Position numbers and translations under genes: made by a program
NCBI GenBank assembly: GCA_043228905.1
Contig: JBHGNT010000007.1
Span: forward strand, 21,266,001 to 21,330,000
Origin: Azolla caroliniana
Lineage: Eukaryota > Plantae > Polypodiophyta
Reading direction: 5' to 3'
DNA: 64,000 nucleotides
The notes under the pieces: generated by a model
What the model was told of the DNA's origin: nothing
Database searches by the model: none
The model's input: the letters and a program-made list of their open reading frames with translations, nothing else
Shown: piece after piece, positions 1 to 12,897 of the stretch
How the letters are laid out: each line of letters opens with the position of its first letter
Position numbering within the stretch: the stretch's first letter is position 1

Positions 1-346
1 CAAGCTTGAGGGGGAGTACTGAATAGACACTCCAACGGTCAAGAGTCACTATTAGGTCACTTCTTTGTATTCTAGCATTTAGTATGAGTCATAGAATCAT
101 ATTCTATAACACATAACTTATGAGCTTTCACATTCCCCATGCTCCATGAGTCTTGTAGTTAATGAAGAGAGAGGGTGACTATATAAAGCACCCTCCTCCC
201 ACCTTGTATAGTGTTGAGTCTTTCTCCTTTGTTAATATACTCTTACCTTGCGTATTCTCTGTGTCTTATTTCTTGTCTCTCTCACTCTGTCTCTGTCTCT
301 CATACACACACATAACTCATATCTCTTCCACTTCACAAGAATCCAA
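1..346 (+). mobile_element. Truncated 3' end and partial LTR of a Ty1/copia element (same family as 23419-28946)
   Basis: 1-22 matches the pol end (cttgagggggagtactgaa). 20-346 matches the reverse complement of LTR 28559-28946, with the LTR start and end deleted. Confidence 0.85.
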
Positions 347-1100
347 GATGGAGATAGTAGGAGAAGAAAGATTATGCTTCAAGATTACTTAACCCCAAGC
401 ATATGCTTAAGATATAAATTGCCTTGGGATGGTTGGATCTTCACATGTCAAATGCATAATGATATGGTAAGTTGTCTTCATGATCAAGATTTCATCCATA
501 ATGGAAAGAAACTTGTGAATGCACTAGATAATCCCTCAAGACAATTAGTAATCAGAGATGTATGGATCACATTGAATCACGTGTCATTGGTATATAATAA
601 CTTCTCTATTGATGCACATGACTTAAGGGAATGTGATATTAAGAGAGACGATAGACAAAATTGGGTTGGAGCCCAAAGAATTGCAAGTAGAAATGTTACT
701 AATTGTTTAAAGATGTTATACCAAGGTGGAGAAGGTGTCAAAGTAAGAGAAAGAGGTGCTTTGGGAACACATGTATACTTGCATACAAGGCCTAAAATTG
801 ACGGGTTAGTCTTTAAGTTTTTTGGCGGGCATTTTTTAAAGATGTATGTCATATGACACGAGAGTGCAAAAACTAACATGTCATTTGACATACAAGTTTT
901 AATAATAAACATTTATTATAAGTATACAACGATACACAAATAAACATAACTACGTCACAAAGATAATGAAAACATACAAATTGAATACTTAAATCATCAT
1001 ATATTTCTTAAAGCCCAAAAAACACAAAAAATGTTTATCATACCGTGACTCCTCATATTAAGCATTCTGCAATATGTGTCTACTTCAATGATACTATCCT

Positions 1101-1445
1101 TCACTCTTTATCTTCAAACCAAAGGTTAAATATATCCCTCCAACAAATGTTTGATGTATCTTGAGCATTCAAGGATATAAACATTAAAGCATCTAAAGTT
1201 TCCAAAGATAAACCGTTTCTAATATCATTTTTTATGATATTTTGACGTGAAAAACCTCGTTCACATGCTGCCATACTAATAGGAATAGTCATACATAGTT
1301 GCCACAATTGCGTAATACCTGGAAATAATTGCCACCAAGATTGTGCTTTGCAACAAATATCCCATGCATCATGCATTCCTCTTCCTTTAGCAATTCTAAC
1401 AAGCATACCAACAAAATCTTCTCGCTCATTGAAGAAAAAGATCAA
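1101..1445 (-). pseudogene. hAT transposase C-terminal dimerisation domain remnant (ZNF862-like)
   Basis: Translation contains IPISMAACERGFSRQNIIKNDIRNGLSLETLDALMFISLN. Confidence 0.85.
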
Positions 1446-2793
1446 GAGAAAAAAGTAGTGGATATATTAAAACAAGAGGACAATAAAAATGTTAGGTAAT
1501 AATGCTCGTCGACTTTTCATGAACCCATAAATAATTGAGTTTGAACTCATAAGATGTTATAGAAAATAAAATTGATTGAATGTAAAATGTGAGCATGGTG
1601 AGGTTGTTCCATCTTCTATGTTACATTCCTTATATAATTGCAGTCTGCAACATATGTTTCTTCAAAACCTTTCTTGACATTTAATCAATATGGTGAGGTA
1701 AATATACTTAGGGAGAAAAAAGAAGAGAAATTGGTAGTGTCTAAAAAAGTTTTTCCCTATTAAAAGAGATTCATACACAAAACAAAGATAAGAAAATTCA
1801 ATGATGGGAGACAAAGGAATCCAATAAAGGAAATGGTTAACAATGGCCCTGTCATCGCACGCCCTTCCTTAGTTGAAACTATTGTCAAAAACTAAACCTA
1901 AATATGTAAGCATTGAGGAAGTTACGAAGCTACAATCAATGTACTCTAAATAATTGCGATTCAAAAATAGTCAAGATGACTTGTTGCACATAAAGCATAA
2001 ACTTGTAAAAAGAATCCAATATTTTATTGGGCCCTCAAATTCGATGACCACCGAAAAGGGAGACTTTATGTGACTTGGTCATTATAGATGATGATGAAGC
2101 TACCGTTATCTACATTGTGGATAGCAATTTCTCCATGAACGACAGACAATAAAGGAAAAATACTATATAACACAATAGAAATCAATTGAGTACTTTTAGA
2201 AGAATTTTGCCTGGATGTAAGTGTCCATATGGATTTCCAAGTATCGTTTTTCAACTCCATTTGAGAGACCTTATTTATGCATGATAATCAACAAATTAGA
2301 GGGAAATCTTAACATGCCTTCAATTTCAATGTGTCATTTCCCCCATCATGTCTACTCATGCATCTCGTTGTTTTTTCAATAATGCCACAAGCCAACACAA
2401 ACAATTCATATATGTTAGTGAAGTCATCATCAATGACTTCATGGTTGCCATTCCCCATGAGTTTATATTGCCTAAATAAGTGAAACCTATGGCTTAAGGG
2501 AAAACATATTCTTTTGAATGAGTCATGTGTGTGAAATGTTGACTGCTAAACAACCGTTGACATGGGAAGATAATACACGAGACTATTGAATTGATGATAA
2601 ATCTTAAAATGCCACTTCTACATCTTATTGTGTGAACATAAATTTGGTTATGGTAAAGCTATGTCATTGTTCTACATCTCCATACACTAACTTTTCTAGG
2701 ACAATGCACAACATTTATGCGATAATGCAAGAAGTTAATGAAGATTTTTAATGCAAAAAAATGTAAAGAAGGCAAACAAGAGCAATATATTAT

Positions 2794-3110
2794 AGGGAAA
2801 GTACCAGGATACCCCTGGAAGTTCGTCTATTTACCAAAATGCCCCCGGAAGTTCCAAATTTACCAAACTACCCCTATGTCCAAAAAATTACACTTTATAA
2901 AGTAATTATACACTCAAATCTACAAGCCCTATTTACTAGAATACCACCCTTAAAACAAAAATTTCTTTACTTAAGAGATTCTTTGGGTCCTTTGTACTTA
3001 CTTTATAAAGTGTATTTTTTTGGACATAGGGGTAGTTTGGTAAATTTGGAACTTCCAGGGGCATTCTGGTAAATAGACGAACTTCTAGGGGTATCCTGGT
3101 ACTTTTCCCT
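2794..3110. mobile_element. MITE with ~105-bp terminal inverted repeats (Mutator-like) nested in the hAT
   Basis: agggaaagtaccaggatacccctggaagttcgtctatttacc... is mirrored by ...ggtaaatagacgaacttctaggggtatcctggtacttttccct. Candidate 9-bp TSD ATATATTAT (2785-2793, 3114-3122). Confidence 0.75.
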
Positions 3111-3773
3111 GTTATATATTATGAAACGTTTTTAATAGTTTGCACTTGATGAAAGCACAAGGCAAGAAGGTTTCATGGCGTTTGTATTCTAGACAAGCAA
3201 ACATTTTACTTTCCTTGCTTGCTTGGGGGGCATTACATTGTCCACAAACAAGGGTTCGTATGCTTCCAATATAACATCGTGGAACTTTGAGTGTCTGGAA
3301 TAGGGTTACTACTAAATATCACACATATGCATCCAGTTCTAATGACATTCAATCAGAGCTATTACAAATTAATGTTATTGTATAGACTCCTCTTCGATTT
3401 CATGGAGTGTCTTCAATTTACATGCACAACCTAATAAATTTGGATATTGCATATAAATTTCCCCTCATGCATGCTCATGTAATATTCAATTTGTAATGCA
3501 TTCCAATTTGGAAAAAACTAGGGTAAAAGAGAAAGAGGGGGGAATTTGGAAATGAAATATTGAAACAATGAAAGACATATACTATTATAAAATGTACATA
3601 CTATTGTCTACAAGACTACATACTACAATGTACATTGTACATTATAAATTATAATAGTATAATAGTATAATAGTATATGTCTTTGTAGTATGTACTATGT
3701 ATATATACTATAGTCCAGAATGTACATACTACAATATTAAATATACTATATGACATTATACAATGTCATATTG

Positions 3774-3808
<35 letters not shown>

Positions 3809-6800
3809 GACATGGAAAATAAATTTTTAGCATGTCATTTGACATGTATAAAATTTGGGTGCCTTTCACATGAAAAATGAAAATTTAGATGTCACTTGAC
3901 AGACATTTTTATTGGGTGTGTGTTTTTGACGGGCAAAATGGCCTTTGATGGGCATGACACTCGTCAAATTCCTACCCTACTTGCATATATTAGGTGACTA
4001 TATTGATATTTTTCTATCCCCTCATGAGAGCTTATTCAAGCATGTGGTACTTGCATCTAAAGTTGCATTCTTCTTTCAAATATGGAGATTATGGATTCTA
4101 AATAATCCAATTTATAATTTAAAAAGTAATTTCATTAGTCGGGAAACATTTTTGGATGTATAAATATCTTGTCACTTTGTAGTTTTACTTATAAAAATGT
4201 TTCGTGACTTTTATCCACAACTAGAATGTCCATTGCATCTCACAGGGTCTGATGGAGCTGAGATATTTTTTAGTAAAATAGGGGGAATGATTGGTATGGA
4301 GCGTGCATTTGATATATCAGATGTTTTGTATTATAGTGGAAATGTAAACAAGCTTGCCAAATTTGAGTGCAATGATAGTGGATTGGTTTTTCCAAGAGCT
4401 CATAAGAAGCAAGAATCAATATGGTCTAAACTCAATTTCATGCATGGCAAGCCTCTTGCAAACTTACAAGACTACATTGATATCTCAAATGATGATCAAC
4501 TTGTTTTTGCACTTAAAGAAGGTTTAAAAGAAGCCCAAATTTTATGTGAGTCGTTAAATATGAAACCTAAACACAATTGGCAATGGTGGAATTATCCTGG
4601 GATTGAGACAAAACAATCCTTGAGTTATATATATGGAGAGAAAGATGATGAAGAATGTGTTGAACACAATAAAAACTTAACAATGCATGAATGTGTGGAA
4701 AATGACGATGAGATTGCAATAAGTGAAATTCGCCATGAATTGGATGTTATATTGGATGACAACAATGTGAACTCTAAAGTCTCTTCATTTGTTCAAGTGG
4801 ATGATAAGATTATATTTAAATCAAGACTTGTGAGTCATATAAATGGTAATCCAACATTGTCAAAGGATAGACTCACACGTGTAAGAGAAGTGGTCTTCTA
4901 CTCATGTGAGAATGCAAATAATTTCCTAAATGGAAATGGGAACCTAATTGGGATTGGTTCAGATTGTGTTGTATTCTCTGTTGAAGAAGATGTTGTTTGG
5001 TACTTAGGACGAGTACAAAGGATGCGAAGAAAGATTGGAAATAAATTTGTGAAGTACAAGAGAGGAATTGACTTGATGGATAGACTTGAAGATGTTCAAT
5101 TACAACTTGGTTGGTATAGGAAGATTATTTGCATATGATTTGACAGATATAAAAATGGTTGACTTTGAGTCAATTATTGGATTAGCGAACCTCACATATA
5201 ATGCAAAATGTGATAATTATTTGTTAGACGAAAGCGATTGTAAAGTTTTCAAAGATTTTCTTTTGGAAATGAAATCCAGGTATGTATATATAAGCTGTTT
5301 TGAATTATATACTTGCATACATTTACATATATATAATATATTAAACTTAATATTTACGCCTTTTATCTTAACAGGAAAAGGAGAAAAGAGTAGAAACCAA
5401 ATATAAACCTACAATATTCCAAATATATTTTCTGATTTCTTTAAGATATTATTTACTTCCATGTATATTAAGTTTTCTTGCCTTTGTTTTTACATGTTAT
5501 AATACAGGTCCAACGTTGAAGATGGAAACAACATGAAATTTATAGCCTATAATGAACTTCTTAGGGTTTTCTTTTTATATAGTTGGTCTTTATAAGGGCA
5601 ACCTTTATTGTAATAAGTTTTTTAAGTAGACATTGCAATAACAAAATGATTTATTTTATTTCATTTTGATTTGGGTAAGAATGTGTGAATAGATGATGTC
5701 TTACATTTCAAATGGAAATATGAAGTAGGTTGCCATTTGTTTGATCAATGTGTTTGAGAAAAAATAATGTTATGGCTTCATATGAGTCTATCCATGAAAC
5801 CAAACATAATGTTAATTTGTTAGTAATTTCATTATTGATATGCATTTTAGATTGTTCTATGTGTGCTTTTTGAGATATATATGTCAAGTTCAAGATTGTT
5901 TTATTGTAAATTACATTGTTTTGTATACGCTATTCTTCATACGTCTCAATAAACTAAAAACAAAAACTTATATGTGGCTTATATATGTTATACCTCTAGT
6001 GTTTTTGGGTAATGTTTCCTAATTGTGTGTGCATTACTTTGTACTTTATAGATTGTGTTTTCAATCTATGTGGCACTTGATGAAGCATTTCTAGGAATTT
6101 GCATATGATGTTTAATGTTGATTCATAATTTTGCGAGTCATCAGTTGTAAAGACGGTCATTGATCCATTCTAGGAATAGAAACTATGTGTGCATGTATAT
6201 TTTATATGTAAGGGTATTTAAAATGGGTGATTATCAAAAAATATATTCGTAATAAGGGGTATTTTTATTAATCGTTTTTCTACACAAGGGTCACTAAAAT
6301 AGTAAAAAAATACATATAAGGGGTTTATAAATGATGTCATGAACGCACGTGATACAACATTCTTATATATAGTGGAGTCCTCATGGTTCTAGCACTGTAT
6401 CAAGTGGAATTTCATTTGTTCATGACTTTCCGTTAGAATTGCCATCTTCCCCGGTTCATGTCCCTAATGGTCCCACTCAAATTCATATGCATGTGCGTAC
6501 CTTCGCGATAATGCACTTCGAAGTTTAAATAAACATGTATTTGTCTCCCTAACTATTAAACTTGACTTGGCGCTTCATCACTTGTAGTCTAAATTGTTTT
6601 TGTTCATGGCAAATATGAAGGCAAGATTTATATGCTACAATGTCAAAATCTTAAAGATGATACTTGAGTTAATGTTGTGTGTCACCTATGTCATTGATCT
6701 CTCTACATTTTGCATCAATCTCAACATTCCATGGTTATATAAGACACCAGCACAAGGGTACTATAATTTATGACTAGTGCATGTGTATAGAAGAATGTCT

Positions 6801-6915
6801 CAAGATCAATGATGACTTGGGCCTCTCACGGACGTCAAATTCTTCTAAGTGATCCAAATGATAGACTAATTATCATGAAATCAAAGGCACCATTTCTGAG
6901 AGATTGTTGATATTT

Positions 6916-7074
6916 GGATGCTTTGAGCATTGGACTTGTCACGAGGATATAGAGTATTTAGTAGGGAAGAATCATTTGCTTGACTGTTCATATCAGGATG
7001 CTTTGAGCATTGGACTTGTCATGAGGATATAGAGTATTTAGTAGGGAAGAATCATTTGCTTGATTGTTCATATC
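6916..7074 (+). repeat. 80-bp tandem duplication
   Basis: ggatgctttgagcattggacttgtca...ttcatatc occurs twice in succession. Confidence 0.85.
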
Positions 7075-7119
7075 CAAGTTATAAGTCGCTTTCAAGTTTT
7101 GAAGCATATGGTCCACAAG

Positions 7120-7917
7120 TTCAGTTTACTTTATCAAGGAAATGAGACCCAACCATTTTTGGTGAATTACATTGTTACTAGGATATCGGAGTTACAAAAT
7201 ATTAATGTCAGTTACTCTATCCACTACAGTGACTGAGTATTCAGTAGTGATTGAAGCTAATAAAGAGATGATTTGGTTTCTTCATTTGTTAAATAAGTTG
7301 GCATTCAAATAAGAAAATCTAATGTTTTGCATAGAGAAAGTCCCCATCATGCGATACACTTGGTGAAGAATTCAACATTTCATTTCAAAACCAAGCGTAA
7401 TGGATTCATAGGAAGATGAGTGCTAATATAGGAGAAAATCCAAGTAAGTAAGAATCCAATGAATATGCTAAATTAGATAATTAGGAGAAAGTTCTAGATA
7501 AGATATTGTGAAAGAATTTTGTGTTATCTCTAGTGTTAATTCATGTTTTCACTAATCGGGTTTATAGAAGAATTTGCTTAATTTTGTTAACATAATTCGT
7601 TCAAGTTTAATTCCTCTGTTCATGAATTGACAAACCACTACCATGATTGAAATATTGTACCATGATTGAAATATTGCGACAATCAATCTTCTAACAAGAT
7701 TGGTGTAAATCCTAAACTCGGAGATCAAAATAGACACATAAAGATTAACCATCACTTCATAAGGGACCTAGTCTATATAAAAGAGTTGGAACTCAAATAT
7801 ACTTTGACAATCACTATGTGGGCTGATTTTTGTACTAAACCGGTACCACACCAAAAACATTGGCAATGTTGTAAGAAGTTGGGACTCAAGCTTGCCCACA
7901 ACAAAGAGAGTATTTAG
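7120..7917 (+). pseudogene. Highly decayed copia RNase H remnants (two fragments)
   Basis: VTLSTT..EY..EANKEMIW-like stretch near 7210-7280. YCDNQSS..NP..RHIKINHHFIRD..ADFCTKP in ORF 7666-7917. Confidence 0.7.
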
Positions 7918-8191
7918 AATATTTACACTATGGGTTATGGGAGGGTGTTCCGATATTAACATAAATATCTATATAAAAATAGGAGACGTTATACATAATA
8001 AAATATTAGAACAATTACACATACTAAAATAGTACATAAGTTACAAATGATTGTAATTGTAAACTTAGATTTTAAAGTGTTCTTTTAGCATAATGAAATA
8101 CATAGTTTTTCTTTTACAAGCTTGTTTCATCATCTCTATCAAATTCTTCTTCTCCCTCAATCTCCTTTGTGTGCTATAGTATAGCTTCTTA

Positions 8192-8470
8192 ACCCTTACC
8201 CAGCTGAACCAGGTGAAATCGAAAGTCTCTAAGGATCTCCCCCCCAAGACGACCAACAAGTTGATCATCGTGATTGAGGACATAGACTATTCTCTCAAGA
8301 TCGAGCCAAGAAAAAGAAGAAAAAGGATGGCAGTAAGGATAAGGTAAAAAAAAACGAAATTCGAAGGTTTTTCAGCTGTACTCTTTAAAAGAATGTCCAA
8401 AACACCTGTATAATGTTTGCAAGAGAAAAATTACACACTGATAAGAGTTGGGTTTATTACAAACTTAGAA
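8192..8470 (+). pseudogene. Internally deleted fragment of a third AAA-ATPase paralog
   Basis: 8192-8345 aligns to the ELTQVKSN...IIVIEDID...KKKKK region of 9476-10954. 8395-8460 resembles the 3' flank at 11108-11150. Confidence 0.75.
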
Positions 8471-9475
8471 GGTTTGATTGCTTATTTTCATGTGTGATCC
8501 AACTTTGAGCTCCAAAGCATATGAAAAATTAGCGTTACATTTGCAAATTGGGTGTTTTTTCTTAATCCTCTCAACTACGATAATGCCCGCGTTCTCAAGG
8601 ATTAGAAGCACAACTACCAAAATGGAATTCCACTGATCTCACTCAACTTGAGGCATAATTTTGCTCCACTTAAGCCATACACTAATCCAAGAAGTTCCAT
8701 ATCTTTTCAATTTCTTAATAAAACACAGGTGCTCATGCTTATTCTTGAGTACCCTAGGGAAGCCCCAAGGTCATAATGGAAACAAAAAGTATCCCAATGT
8801 CCAAGCTTAGGATTGCCTCGGTTGCCTTCTCTTCAGCCAATCCTTAACATTGAAGTATAAGCTTGGCCTAGATCTGAAATAGCTATCAGCAACAGCATGG
8901 AAGAATGATGACTAATTCAATGTACCAAAACCAACATTTTGTGGAGAAATGTTTTAGAAATTTCCTAGTATAAACATGAGAAGGTGAGAGGTGCCTTCCT
9001 AGTTTGTCTCTCATACCTTTTGGAATGCAATTTGGTCAAGGGAATCCGCTTTTGTACACCCTTTTTTTATCAGTTTCCCCTTTGATAAACAGTGGCAACA
9101 TGTCATATCATTTGATTGTACTGGTTGCAGCAGCATCTCAGTTTTAAAACACTTTAGTCTTTGGTCTTCTGGGGCCACAAAACAAGAAACACCAAAGAAT
9201 CTTCTACATATAACCTAATCATCTTACTCTTTACGTCATCATCTTTGTTTCCACGGCATCATCGTGGTGTTCTACGGCTTGGCACTCACTCTCTAAACTC
9301 TATAAATTTGAATGTTCTTCGGACTCGGCCGAAAACATGATCTATACTCTTTTGGTTGAGTTGCATTACATATGTAGATATACATATATACATACTATCT
9401 ATTCAAGGACTTGTGCAAAAAAGCGTTAAAACCATAACTTAGGATTAGAATCCCAAAAAGCTTGTGGATAGATAG

Positions 9476-10954
9476 ATGAAGAAGATGATGTCCAAGGAGG
9501 ATGGCTCATGGTTTTCCTTGGGAACATTGCTTGGGCTAGTGGCCCTAATAAGTTCAGTTCTACCTCCCGATCTCCGCAGTTCGGCATCCCGTGTGATCCG
9601 TCTCCTCTTCTCCTACTTCTCTGAATATGTGCAATACACGATCCCGGAATTCGACGGAGCCAATATGAACGAGCTCTACTCGGCCATCGAGCTCTACCTG
9701 AGCACCCCCACGGCAAATCTAGCCAAGAAAATAAACCTCACATTGCCAAAGAACTCGTCTTCCCTCGTATTCGGCCTCGACGAATATACTGAAAGCATCC
9801 CGGACCTGAGCTTCAAGCCCGGAAGCTTCAAGGCTTGGTGGCTGTTCCGGAAACATGAGCCAAACAAACCTTCTTTCTCATGGAGGGAGGAGGTCCCGGA
9901 TGTTCGGCGATCCCTTATCCTCTCCATCAAGAAGAAAGATCGAGAGGTATTGAACTCTTACATGGATCATATCATGGCAAAGGCTAAGGAGATGAAGATT
10001 GCGCAACGAGATCGCAAGATTTTCACCAATCTGAAGGACAGAGACTACGGATATTTCAACCGAGGTAAGGTGTGGGAGTCGGTGCCCTTCAAGCACCCGG
10101 CAACCTTCGACACCCTAGCTATGGATCCAGTGTTGAAGGAGAAGATCATGGAGGACCTTCGGGACTTTGCGACCAGAGAGGATTTCTATAATCGAGTCGG
10201 GAGAGCTTGGAAGAGGGGATATTTGCTCTATGGCCCGCCCGGGACCGGGAAATCGAGCATGATAGCCGCAATGGCAAACTTCCTCGAGTATGATGTTTAT
10301 GATCTTGAGCTGACCCAGGTGAAATCGAATGTCCATCTCAAGGATCTCCTCATCAAGACGAGCAACAGGTCAATCATCGTGATCGAGGACATAGACTGCT
10401 CACTCGACCTCACTGCCGACCGAACCAAGAAGAAGAAGAAGAAGAATGATGCCGACAAGGATAATACTAAGAGACCCCCCGATTCTTCGAAATCCGACTC
10501 CGGGAACGAGCTTACCCTCTCGGGCCTCCTCAATTTCACCGATGGGCTATGGTCGTGCTGCGGGAGCGAGCGGCTGTTTGTGTTCACGACCAATCATATC
10601 GAGAAGCTCGACCCCGCATTGCTCCGGTCGGGCCGCATGGACATGCATATCCACCTATCTTATTGTGGCTTCCAAGCCTTCCGGCTTCTGGCCAAGAACT
10701 ACCTAGGTGTGGAAGACCATGCTATGTTCGACGAGATTCGGGCGGCCATGGACGAGGAAGGCGTGGCCATGACCCCGGCCGAGATTAGCGAGGTGCTAAC
10801 ACGAGAGAAGCGCGATGTGGACGGGGCGATGAGGTCCCTAGTGAAGGAGCTCAAGGAGAGTAAAGCCAAGAGGGCAATGGAGAAGCTTGAGCTGCTCAAG
10901 GAGATGGAGGAGGCTAACGAAGAAGATCCTGAAGAAAAGCCTCAAGGGACATAA
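9476..10954 (+). CDS. Plant BCS1-like/AATP1(ASD)-type AAA-ATPase, intronless
   Basis: N-terminal hydrophobic segment, AAA-associated domain, FKHPATFDTLAMD, Walker A GPPGTGKS, Walker B IIVIEDID, TLSGLLNFTDGLWS and SRH LLRSGRMDMHI. The start could be any of the Mets at 9476-9488. Confidence 0.95.
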   Translation: MKKMMSKEDGSWFSLGTLLGLVALISSVLPPDLRSSASRVIRLLFSYFSEYVQYTIPEFDGANMNELYSAIELYLSTPTANLAKKINLTLPKNSSSLVFGLDEYTESIPDLSFKPGSFKAWWLFRKHEPNKPSFSWREEVPDVRRSLILSIKKKDREVLNSYMDHIMAKAKEMKIAQRDRKIFTNLKDRDYGYFNRGKVWESVPFKHPATFDTLAMDPVLKEKIMEDLRDFATREDFYNRVGRAWKRGYLLYGPPGTGKSSMIAAMANFLEYDVYDLELTQVKSNVHLKDLLIKTSNRSIIVIEDIDCSLDLTADRTKKKKKKNDADKDNTKRPPDSSKSDSGNELTLSGLLNFTDGLWSCCGSERLFVFTTNHIEKLDPALLRSGRMDMHIHLSYCGFQAFRLLAKNYLGVEDHAMFDEIRAAMDEEGVAMTPAEISEVLTREKRDVDGAMRSLVKELKESKAKRAMEKLELLKEMEEANEEDPEEKPQGT

Positions 10955-12897
10955 AAAGAAGAAACTGAAGAGGGGCAATGAATGGAGAAACCTCCAAAAC
11001 AATAAACCAAGAAGTGGCTTACTAAAGCTTAACAAGCTTTCATGAAGACTTCAGTTTCTTTTAGGAAAAGTGTTCTGAGATTTTTAAGTTTTAATGTTCT
11101 TAAAGCATGTCCAAAAACACTTGTATACTTACTCATAAAGGTTGGGTTTTTTCGAAACATCCTAGAGCAAACTAGGCCACTTACCACTTCTATGCTTGTC
11201 CATCATTAATAATCACCCGGATGAGCAATTCCAAATCAAATTCAATGATAAGATATGCAAAATCACCAGCATATGTTTGTGTGTGGTACAAACTCAAAGA
11301 TTTAATAGTTCAATCTCCTTATTAGATGATGTTTGAGGTCCAGATCATATGAAAAATAGCATTTGGTAAATAAGTAAGCATGTCACATTTAGTAGTAGTA
11401 TGGTTGATTGTTGGATTCACATGTAATGGTCAAAATTTGGCATACACGTCCTATGCATGGAACACCCTTGTCCTCATGACCAAAGACATGGATATCAAGG
11501 TCCTTGCCCTACTCATAGTGCTCATCATCAAGAATGTCATTCTAAAGTATTACCTTGACCACACACCAACTCTTTAAACATAATCCATGACCTTGACAAG
11601 ATCAATGCATTTGCCTATCATACAAAGGAACTATCCACTTTCGTGTTGAGCATGTACAAGAAGTCCAATGTACCAACAATGCCCCCCACGTTGTACAAAG
11701 TCGCATAGTATTTTAGCCCAAAAAGCTTGAATATAATACCATACATGAGAGAGAGGCCATTGAGACCCAAAGCATAGTCTTGTCGGTATCTATGTAATAT
11801 AGAGTGTCTGAGGTATTGGGAAAGCTATCATGATATAAACCCTCAAGAAATCATTCATTAGTGAGATTCGGGAAAATGGGGTTAAACATGCCCTTGGATA
11901 CAACACACCCCACCTTGAACTCTCAAATGGCAACACCATTGAAATCAAAAAAGTTTCTTATTTATGTAATATATTGTAAAACTCAACAATGAAAATACAT
12001 TTGTTGATTTTTATCATCACTATCCTATCATCCACCAGAAGACATTGTCAGGTTGAACATGATTTAACTATGCCACCCTACTATGGCATTGCCGATTACG
12101 TCACCTAAACCATCAAGCAATGGTTTATAAGGCCTAACTACATATTAGCCATCATATTTGCACCCATCCAATTCCTCATTTCATATCTCTAATCTTCTAA
12201 TGCTTGAAAGCATTTCATATCTCATCACATACGTTAGCAAATTGCTATGTGGCCCAAAATGTTTCTACATATGTTTGACCATTATTATGTAGCTTAATAT
12301 TTTATCACTATGTAGCCACTTCAATCTCAAGCTTAAAATTATGTATTGTTAGATAAAAGAGAATCTACTTTCCAACTGGATAACTTTTGGTTTAAAAAAC
12401 AATGGGAATATGCAAACAAAGGTTATTCTAATGTTTCCAAAAGCCAAGTTTGCAAACTCTAGTTGCCACTAAGTGTAGTCACATGTAAACAACAAATACC
12501 AACGAATCTAACCCGTGATTTCTTTCATGTATTGTTGAGTGGAGCTATTTTCATATGGTTCTCTTCAAAGGATTCATCAAGCTATTTACTTTTGATGTCT
12601 TCAAATTTACTTTTTTATGGCATCTTCATGATGTTCCATGGCGTGACACTTACTCCTCTAGACCTGTATATCTATGAGGGGCCATTGTGGTGGGGAGGGA
12701 GATGCGACAATGGCCACAACAATATTTTACCGCACTTTAGGATGTGGAAAACATGGTCTAAAGTTTTTAAGATGGGTGTGGGCTACTTGGATCAATTACA
12801 TACAAATATAATCTTATATAAGTACATACTTGTGAAAGGTTTAATCATAGCTTAGTATTGTCATTCCAAGAGCTTTGTGGATAGATAGAAGAAGAAG

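Larger units (their letters stand above)
786..3979 (-). mobile_element. Degenerate hAT DNA transposon
   Basis: 8-bp TSD CTTGCATA (778-785 and 3980-3987). Imperfect TIRs caaggcctaaaattgacgggt / tagggtaggaatttgacgagt (right end, reverse-complemented). Contains a hAT dimerisation-domain remnant. Confidence 0.85.
347..5280 (+). pseudogene. P-element/THAP9-like transposase pseudogene split by a hAT insertion (347-785 + 3988-~5280)
   Basis: Motifs DGDSRRR, QDFIHNGKKL, DRQNW, FFxIWRLWI, YNLKSNFIS and GSDxxExFFS. The frame rejoins as ...HVYLH|ILGDYIDIF when 786-3987 is removed. One in-frame stop (~4161) and a frameshift (~5130). Confidence 0.65.

Noticed and set aside
6340-6380. Possible Helitron 5' end on the minus strand (tccactatatataag)
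   Set aside because: I could not identify a matching hairpin/CTAG 3' end or any Rep/helicase remnant.
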